Below, piece by piece: positions 25,808-32,000 of a stretch of 32,000 nt of DNA. Position 1 is the stretch's first letter. The number at the start of each line of letters is the position of its first letter. Where the stretch lies: the NCBI RefSeq assembly GCF_000010625.1, contig NC_010296.1:90001-122000 (forward strand). Reading direction: 5' to 3'. Below the pieces are notes generated by a model that saw nothing but the letters and a program-made list of their open reading frames with translations, had not been told where the DNA came from and ran no database searches. Both the position numbers and the translations under genes were made by a program. This DNA is from Microcystis aeruginosa NIES-843 (lineage in GTDB: Bacteria > Cyanobacteriota > Cyanobacteriia > Cyanobacteriales > Microcystaceae).

Positions 25808-26011
25808 TTTTAGAGATTCCCAATCTTCTTGATCCACGATAGGACTGACAATATCCCCTAAGGTTTTGCCTTTACCGATTAAATGAGCAGGGGTCGTGCG
25901 TTTTACTTGGGTCGAGAGAGATGGTTCTTCTTCAATGATAATGATGGCGCGAACATTCTGTGCTTTGGGCTTTTCCCCTAGCCATTGGCTGCGGTCTTGC
26001 GAAGCAAGTGC
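25808..26011 (-). pseudogene. Antitoxin-like gene remnant (no start codon; its native stop is displaced by the MITE)
   Basis: The minus-strand reading is ...QWLGEKPKAQNVRAIIIIEEEPSLSTQVKRTTPAHLIGKGKTLGDIVSPIVDQEDWESLK, which resembles small cyanobacterial antitoxin-type proteins. The frame is closed upstream by a TAG (rc of 26012-26014) and has no ATG/GTG/TTG start. Confidence 0.35.
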
Positions 26012-26166
26012 CTACGGCATCGCCCTCTCAGGTCAAGTCATAATGTTTGAGCATGGTTAAGATTCTCTAACAATTCTTTTAACTAAGTCTACGGTATTGC
26101 AATGATAAGCTAAAACGCACTTAAACCACCTAAAATAGAAATAGTAATTTTAGAAAAATCCTACTT

Positions 26167-27326
26167 ATGCCAGCCAAAGATTTCCTAGACTTAGAAGAAA
26201 AGAAAAACTTACAAAAAGCTCTTAAAGAAGAAGAAAGAGCAGAGGTTAGGGAAAGAATTTTAATGTTTCTCTTGCTAAACGACGGAAAAACTCAACGAGA
26301 AATAGCTGACTTTATTGGCTGTTCACTCAAAACGGTCGCCCATTGGTGTGTTCACGGCGATCCTAACAATTTAGAAAGTCTAGAAGATGGGAGAAAAAAT
26401 GGAAATCATAAAAAAGCCACAGAGGAATATATTAATTTACTATTAAAAATAGTTGATGAAGACCCGAAGGAATTTGGATATGAATTCGGGAGATGGACAG
26501 CGGCAAGATTAGCAGAGCATCTAGAAAAGGAAACAGGAATTAAACTGAGTGGCTCGCAAGTGAGAAGAATATTGAGAAGAAAAAAGTATGTGTATATCTG
26601 GGCGAAATATAGTCTAGAAGATAAGCAAGACAAGAAATTAAGAAAAGCATTTAAAGAAAAATTAGATGAATATTTAAGGTTGGCTAAAGAAAAGCCAGAG
26701 TCAATCCAGGTATGGTTTTGGGACGGGGCTTTCAAGGTGGCGACGCAGGTTCGCCACAGGGTTCCCCTCATGAATGTGGATTTAGTTTGAGAGTAATAAG
26801 AAGGAGAGCTTGGACAAAAAAAGGAAAGCGAAAAAAAGTGAATGGACAAAGAAAAAGAGGAAGGGTGAATGTGATGGGATCCTTAAGATATAATGACAAA
26901 AAACGAGTCTGTTTTATGAGCAAAAAAGGAAATTCAGAAACTTTCCATGAACAATTAAAGAAACTTCATGAAGAGATTCGTCAAGAATGGATAAACTTGG
27001 GAAATCTGCCCGAAGATTTTCGAGAAAAAGGACCGAAGATTATCATTATATTAGACAATGCTAGTTATCACAAAAAGAAAGATGTTATTGAGCAGGTGGA
27101 AAAAGAGTTGCCCAATATTAGGCTAGAGTTTTTACCAGCTTATAGTCCAGATTACAACCTAATAGAATTAGTGTGGCATTCCGCTAAAGAGTACATAGCT
27201 AATCGAGAATTTGAAAATAAAGAAGAACTGGAAAAAGTAGTCAATCAGCTTTTAAATGAAGGGGGATTGATTATTAAATGGAGTAGAAAACTTAAAAATA
27301 AGGGTAATGCTGTCAATGTAACTTAA
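26167..27326 (+). pseudogene. IS630-family DDE transposase disrupted by a 47-nt insertion
   Basis: The N-terminal HTH part ends ...IQVWFWD at 26724. The DDE part resumes ECGFSLRV... at 26772 in another frame, with DNASYHKK and LPAYSPDYNLIELVW motifs downstream. Confidence 0.8.
26725..26771 (+). other. 47-nt hairpin-forming insertion inside the IS630 transposase gene
   Basis: The sequence is ggggctttcaaggtggcgacgcaggttcgccacagggttcccctcat. It has a perfect 7-bp stem gtggcga/tcgccac and outer gggg/cccc pairing. Deleting it in silico fuses WFWD to ECGFSL in frame. Confidence 0.7.
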
Positions 27327-27383
27327 ATGCGTAAAAGCTTAGTTTAGTTTAGTCTGAATTAGGAGTTTCGGCAGAAAAGGGTC

Positions 27384-28628
27384 GGCTCTTCTAGGTTCTG
27401 TGTGAGCATGGTATAATAGTAACACAGAACAGGAGGTGGGTTATGTGGATAAATTTTGATCAACTCCTCGATTTACCAAATGTAACAGTGGTCAATTATC
27501 AAAAAATTGATGAGACAATTTTCCTAAAGCTCGCTCTTTTAAATGAAACAATTGAATGTCCGAATTGCCATCAAACCTTGGACAGAATCAATCAGACAGA
27601 GTATAATCTAGTCAGAGATTTGTCAATATTAGGCAATCGAGTATATTTGGAAGTACCACGCCGCCAGTTTCATTGTCAAAAGTGCCAAAAGTATATCAGC
27701 GAAAGACTAAGTTTTATGAGATTAAGACAGCATCATACAATTCGCTATGAATCGATGATTTATGAGAGAGTAAAAAATTGTAGTATCGAAGAAATAAGTC
27801 GAGAAGAAGGGTTAGGATGGTCAGAAGTTGAGTTAATATTTAATCACTGTGCTAAAGAACTAGAAAAGGAAGAGTGGGAAGCACCAGAACGAATAAGCTT
27901 AGATGAATTTAGTAACTTAAAAGGACACAAAGATTTCATAACAACGGTCGTAGATCTGGACAAGAAAATTTTACTAGATGTGATTAAAGGACATAAGCAA
28001 GAAGAATTAATGGAAGCCTTAAAAGCACAGCCAGAGGCAGTTCGGGAGAAGGTGAAAGAAGTGAGCGTCGATATGTGGTCAGGATTTACAGCAGTGATCA
28101 AGGAATTATTTCCTAATGCTAAAATCATCTATGATCGTTTTCATGTAATGGCTATCATCAATGACGAGCTTAATAAATTGAGAAAATTAATGGGGGTGCA
28201 TGAAAAAGGATTACCTCATTTATTATGGAAGAATAAAGAGGACTTAAAAGACGAGCAAAAACAACAACTAGAAGTTATCCTGAAAGAACATCCCTGCTTG
28301 GGAATAGCCTGGGAAATGAAAGAAGAAATTAGACAAATTTATCAAAGTAGTAGAACGTTCAGAGGTGCTGAGAGAAAATTGGAAAAATGGATAAGAATAG
28401 GCGGAATATTATATGAAAGTGGTGCCAGCATGATCCAGAAGCATTTGCAGGGTATTTGTAATTACTTTGAAAATCATACAACCAACGGATTAATTGAGGG
28501 AATGAATACCAAAATAAAGCTTATTAAAAGAATGAGTTATGGATTTACCAATTTTCAACATCTTCGACTTAAGCTGTTTGCTTGCTTTAATTCATAACAA
28601 AAATTAACACACGAAAACCAGAAGAGCC
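27384..28628 (+). mobile_element. ISL3-family element, copy 1 (1245 bp, apparently intact)
   Basis: IRL is ggctcttctaggttctgtgtg and IRR is cacacgaaaaccagaagagcc. The 7-bp direct repeat AAGGGTC flanks it at 27377-27383 and 28629-28635. Confidence 0.85.
27443..28597 (+). CDS. ISL3 family transposase
   Basis: The N-terminal zinc finger is CPNCHQ...CQKCQ. The DDE region has SVDMWSGF, DRFHV and TNGLIEGMNTKIKLIKRMSYGF. Confidence 0.9.
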   Translation: MWINFDQLLDLPNVTVVNYQKIDETIFLKLALLNETIECPNCHQTLDRINQTEYNLVRDLSILGNRVYLEVPRRQFHCQKCQKYISERLSFMRLRQHHTIRYESMIYERVKNCSIEEISREEGLGWSEVELIFNHCAKELEKEEWEAPERISLDEFSNLKGHKDFITTVVDLDKKILLDVIKGHKQEELMEALKAQPEAVREKVKEVSVDMWSGFTAVIKELFPNAKIIYDRFHVMAIINDELNKLRKLMGVHEKGLPHLLWKNKEDLKDEQKQQLEVILKEHPCLGIAWEMKEEIRQIYQSSRTFRGAERKLEKWIRIGGILYESGASMIQKHLQGICNYFENHTTNGLIEGMNTKIKLIKRMSYGFTNFQHLRLKLFACFNS

Positions 28629-28672
28629 AAGGGTCTATATTCTTCTTAAAAGTCAGGGTTAGGCGATCGCCG

Positions 28673-28738
28673 TTATGCTTGATAAATTTCCTGACGATGC
28701 CCGATTTTGTTGACATAAATAATGGGATTCTGTCTGAG
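28673..28738 (-). pseudogene. RelE/ParE-type toxin 3' tail remnant (junction-module copy iii)
   Basis: The minus-strand reading is LRQNPIIYVNKIGHRQEIYQA*. The 48-nt core 28663-28710 differs at 1 position from 24046-24093. Confidence 0.45.
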
Positions 28739-28779
28739 TTATCAAAAAAGAATAGTTAGACCTTCTTGGGTAAAATGTT

Positions 28780-30024
28780 GGCTCTTCTAGGTTCTGTGTG
28801 AGCATGGTATAATAGTAACACAGAACAGGAGGTGGGTTATGTGGATAAATTTTGATCAACTCCTCGATTTACCAAATGTAACAGTGGTCAATTATCAAAA
28901 AATTGCTCAGACAATTTTCCTAAAGCTCGCTCTTTTAAATGAAACAATTGAATGTCCGAATTGCCATCAAACCTTGGACAGAATCAATCAGACAGAGTAT
29001 AATCTAGTCAGAGATTTGTCAATATTAGGCAATCCGGTATATTTAGAAGTACCACGCCGCCAGTTTCATTCTCAAAAGTGCCAAAAGTATATCAGCGAAA
29101 GACTGAGTTTTATGAGATTAAGACAGCATCATACAATTCGCTATGAATCGATGATTTATGAGAGAGTAAAAAATTGTAGTATCGAAGAAATAAGTCGATA
29201 AGAAGGGTTAGGATGGGAAGAAGTTAAGTTAATATTTAATTCCTTGGCTAAAGAACTAGAAAAGGAAGAGTGGGAAGCACCAGAACGAATAAGCTTGGAT
29301 GAATTTAGTAACTTAAAAGGACATAAAGATTTCATAACAACGGTCGTAGATCTGGACAAGAAAATTTTACTAGATGTGATTAAAGGACATAAGCAAGAAG
29401 AATTAATGGAAGCCTTAAAAGCACAGCCAGACGCAGTTCGGGAGAAAGTGAAAGAAGTGAGCGTCGATATGTGGTCAGGATTTACAGCAGTGATCAAGGA
29501 ATTATTTCCCAATGCTAAAATCATCTATGACCGTTTTCATGTAATGGCTATCATCAATGACGAGCTTAATAAATTGAGAAAGTTAATGGGGGTGCATGAA
29601 AAAGGATTACCTCATTTATTATGGAAGAATAAAGAGGACTTAAAGGACGAGCAAAAACAACAACTAGAAGTTATCTTAAAAGAACATCCCTGCTTGGGAA
29701 TAGCCGACGAAATGAAAGAAGAAATTAGACAAATTTATCAAGGTTGTAGAACGTTCAGAGGTGCTGAGAGAAAATTGGAAAAATGGATAAGAATAGGCGG
29801 AATATTATATCAAAGTAGTGCCAGTATGATCCAGAAGCATTTGCCTGGTATTTGTAATTACTTTGAAAATCATACAACCAACGGATTAATTGAGGGAATG
29901 AATACCAAAATAAAGCTTATTAAAAGAATGAGTTATGGATTTACCAATTTTGAACATCTTCGACTTAAGCTGTTTGCTTGCTTTAATTCATAACAAAAAT
30001 TAACACACGAAAACCAGAAGAGCC
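28780..30024 (+). mobile_element. ISL3-family element, copy 2 (1245 bp, decayed)
   Basis: It has the same inverted repeats as copy 1. The 7-bp direct repeat AAATGTT flanks it at 28773-28779 and 30025-30031. Confidence 0.85.
28839..29993 (+). pseudogene. ISL3 transposase pseudogene (premature stop)
   Basis: The TAA at 29199-29201 replaces the GAA at the equivalent 27803-27805 of copy 1. A zinc-finger Cys is changed to Ser (TCT at 29070-29072), and a dozen or so further amino-acid differences are visible. Confidence 0.85.
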
Positions 30025-30121
30025 AAATGTTTATCATTGGTGAGTATTAGAGCATCAATTTTGTTTTGAGGGATAAAAAAAGAGCTAATCTGGAAGAAGT
30101 TATCCAACTTCAGACAAAAAA

Positions 30122-30571
30122 ATGCCGAAGAAAAAATATATTGTAGAGCTAACAGACTCCGAAAGAACTGAACTCGAGCAGCTAACCAAGAAAGGAAAAA
30201 TAGCAGCTTACAAAATGAACCATGCCAGAATACTACTTTTAGCAGACGTCAATCAACAGGAAGGTGGTTGGACTGACTCGAAAATTAGTGAAGCCTTAAA
30301 TGTTGCTCAAGCCACCATTGAGAGAGTACGACAAAGATTTGTCGAGTCAGGAATTGAATCATCATTAACTCGAAAAAAGCAAGAACATCGCCGTGCCAAA
30401 ATTATCGATGGGGAAAAGGAAGCAGATCTGATTGCCATCGCTTGTAGTGAAACACCAACGGGACGAGCAAAATGGACACTTCAAATGCTGGCAGATAAAA
30501 TGGTCGAACTTGAATATGTGGAAAAAATATCACGAGAAACCATCAGAAAAACCTTAAAAAAAATGAATTGA
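30122..30571 (+). CDS. IS630-family transposase orfA (HTH domains) of the outer element
   Basis: ELTDSERTELEQLTKKGK... fits the helix-turn-helix pattern of IS630 N-terminal regions. It ends at the slippery run A8 (30556-30563). Confidence 0.75.
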   Translation: MPKKKYIVELTDSERTELEQLTKKGKIAAYKMNHARILLLADVNQQEGGWTDSKISEALNVAQATIERVRQRFVESGIESSLTRKKQEHRRAKIIDGEKEADLIAIACSETPTGRAKWTLQMLADKMVELEYVEKISRETIRKTLKKMN

Positions 30572-30656
30572 AACCATGGCTGAATCAATCATGGGTCATT
30601 CCCCCAAAAGAATCAGCGGAGTTTGTCTGTGCCATGGAAGATGTCTTGGATATTTA

Positions 30657-31690
30657 TAGCAATTCTTGGAGCTATGAGGTACAATAGAAAGTAAATAGAC
30701 AAATAATAGAACTTACCAGCTTCCTATGAGACCCTATTCCGTAGATTTTCGCCAAAAAATTATCGATGTCTGGAAGAAAGAAAAAATTTCCATTCGAGGA
30801 CTAGCCCAGAGATTTGACGTGGCTAAAAGCTTTATTCAGAAGTTATTGAAGCAACATAAAGAAACAGGAGATATCCGTCCTCGTCCGCAAGGGGGAAGTC
30901 CGCCAACCAAGTTAAATAGTGAACAACTGATAATTTTAATAGAAATCATCGAAGCTAACAATGATGCAACTCTCGAAGAATTATCGGACTTACTGTATGA
31001 AAAGACACAGGTGAAAGTCAGTAGAGCCACCCTGGGGCGGCTTACGCAAAAACTCAATTACAGTTTCAAAAAAAAACACTACACGCGGCGGAAAAAGAAA
31101 GTGACAGGGTACAGCAAAAAAGAGTGGAATACTGGTCAGAAGTTCGGGAAATTGAGGCATCAAAACTAATTTTCATCGATGAATCGGGGGTAAATTTAGC
31201 CCTTTTGAGACTCTATGCTAGAGCCTTAATTGGCCGAAGAGCTCGGGGAAGAAAACCACAAAAAAGAGGGAGAAATATTTCAATAATTAGTGCTATAAGC
31301 TTAGAAAAAGTTGTCGCATCAGTCAACATATACGGTGCAGTGGATGCGGTAACATTTGAAGGATTTATTCTAAAGGAAGTGCTGCCAAAAATTAAAGAAG
31401 GAGACTGTCTGATCATGGATAACGCCAAGATTCATCTCGGAGAAATGGTCAGAGAAATAATCGAACAAGAAAAAGCTAGACTCATCTATTTACCTCCTTA
31501 TTCTCCCGAATTCTCTCCTATTGAAAACTTTTGGTCAAAAGTGAAAGCGACGTTAAGAAAACTGAAGGCGAGAACTTACAAAGACTTAATAGAAGGGATT
31601 GAATTGGCTATGTTAGAAGTTACTCAAAAAGATATTCGCAATTGGTTTACTCACTGTTGCTACTGTACCTCATAAGTCAGAGAATTGCTA
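30657..31690 (+). mobile_element. IS630-family element no. 3 (inner, ISY100-like size, 1034 bp) nested in element no. 2
   Basis: The TIR is tagcaattct (30657-30666) against agaattgcta (31681-31690). The TA duplication lies at 30655-30656 and 31691-31692. Confidence 0.85.
30726..31675 (+). CDS. IS630-family transposase of the inner element, two frames joined by a -1 shift on an A9 run
   Basis: Frame 1 ends ...NYSFKKK at the A-run 31068-31076. The -1 frame continues TLHAAEKESDRVQQKRVEYWSEVREIEASKLIFIDESG...DNAKIH...YLPPYSPEFSPIENFW, giving a complete DDE. This may be programmed slippage or a frameshift mutation. Confidence 0.75.
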
Positions 31691-32000
31691 TATCATAGTG
31701 AGTATGACCAGCAAAATCCCTGGCTGTGTTTTGATGAGAGTTGTCAACAATTAGTCAAAGAAACAAAAGAGAAAATACCAGCCGAACCGAGAGAACCAGA
31801 AAGGTATGACTATCAATATGAGCGTAATGGTGTAGCCAATATGTTTATGTTTTTTGAACCATTACAAGGTTGGCGACATGTAGAAGTTACACAACAAAGG
31901 ACGGCGAGCGATTATGCACACCAAATGAAATATTTGGTTGATGAGCGTTATCCGGATGCCCAGAAAATTAGAGTAATTCAAGACAACTTAAATACTCATG

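Larger units (their letters stand above)
26106..27341 (+). mobile_element. IS630-family element no. 1
   Basis: The imperfect TIRs are taagctaaaacgcacttaa (26106-26124) and ttaaatgcgtaaaagctta (27323-27341), matching at 15/19. The outermost TA on each side fits the TA target duplication of IS630/Tc1-mariner elements. Confidence 0.75.
30122..32000 (+). pseudogene. IS630-family element no. 2 (outer): transposase with an A-run frameshift site, interrupted by a nested IS; continues past the window end
   Basis: orfA spans 30122-30571. The -1 frame continues KNELKPWLNQSWVIPPKESAEFVCAMEDVLDIY to 30657 and resumes at 31693/31694 as HSEYDQQNPWLCFDESCQQLV...IRVIQDNLNTH. The element ends were not identified. 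Confidence 0.75.

Noticed and set aside
26712-26790. Simple programmed -1 frameshift or T4 gene-60-style translational bypass as the explanation for the two IS630 no. 1 ORFs
   Set aside because: Any shift within the overlap would translate about 16 extra residues between the catalytic D and E, or lose the D. I saw no X-XXY-YYZ slippery heptamer and no matching take-off/landing codons flanking the 47 nt. An insertion is the simpler reading.
26406-26849. 147-aa minus-strand ORF in IS630 no. 1
   Set aside because: It is antisense to the transposase, has a low-complexity Ser/Phe/Leu-rich product and shows no motif.
27844-29524. Antisense ORFs 27844-28128 and 29156-29524, nearly identical to each other
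   Set aside because: Their conservation only reflects the duplicated ISL3 copies. They are antisense to the transposase, with Ser/Leu-rich products.
1-32000. Search for tRNA, rRNA or tmRNA genes
   Set aside because: No T-loop (GGTTCGAATCC-like) or cloverleaf-compatible segment, and no rRNA-like conserved block, was recognised by eye. This was not verified computationally.

Overview
This window is a cyanobacterial chromosome segment. The evidence is scattered HIP1 palindromes (GCGATCGC), heptamer STRR arrays, and a gene set of hoxF, Tic20-like, flavodiiron protein and ftrV. The heavy IS/MITE load resembles Microcystis, but that is inference only.

Positions 1-22.5 kb are mostly housekeeping genes: the hoxF 3' part, Tic20-like, YvcK-like, a DUF1611 plus PLP-racemase pair, a LivF-like ABC ATPase, a 2x[4Fe-4S] ferredoxin, a GT2 glycosyltransferase, tyrS, ftrV, an alpha/beta hydrolase, ppk1 and a flavodiiron protein. 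They are punctuated by a decayed IS200/IS605 element and three copies of a ~200-225 bp MITE carrying a G-quadruplex-type heptamer microsatellite. At 15.8-18.0 kb sits an AT-rich two-gene islet with the architecture of the PARIS anti-phage system (ABC-type ATPase plus DUF4435/Toprim-like protein).

Positions 22.8-32 kb are an accessory island. It holds an orphan N-terminal domain fragment and three type II toxin-antitoxin cassettes separated by a recurring junction module (RelE-like 3' tail, HIP1, TATAAT). It also holds a 280-bp MITE with 18-bp TIRs and a 6-bp TSD, followed by an IS graveyard. The graveyard contains an IS630 whose catalytic D-E motif is split by a 47-nt hairpin insertion, two tandem ISL3 copies (one with a nonsense mutation), and an IS630 nested in the transposase of another IS630.

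No rRNA, tRNA or CRISPR array was recognised. All calls rest on reading the sequence and remembered family motifs; no database search was run.
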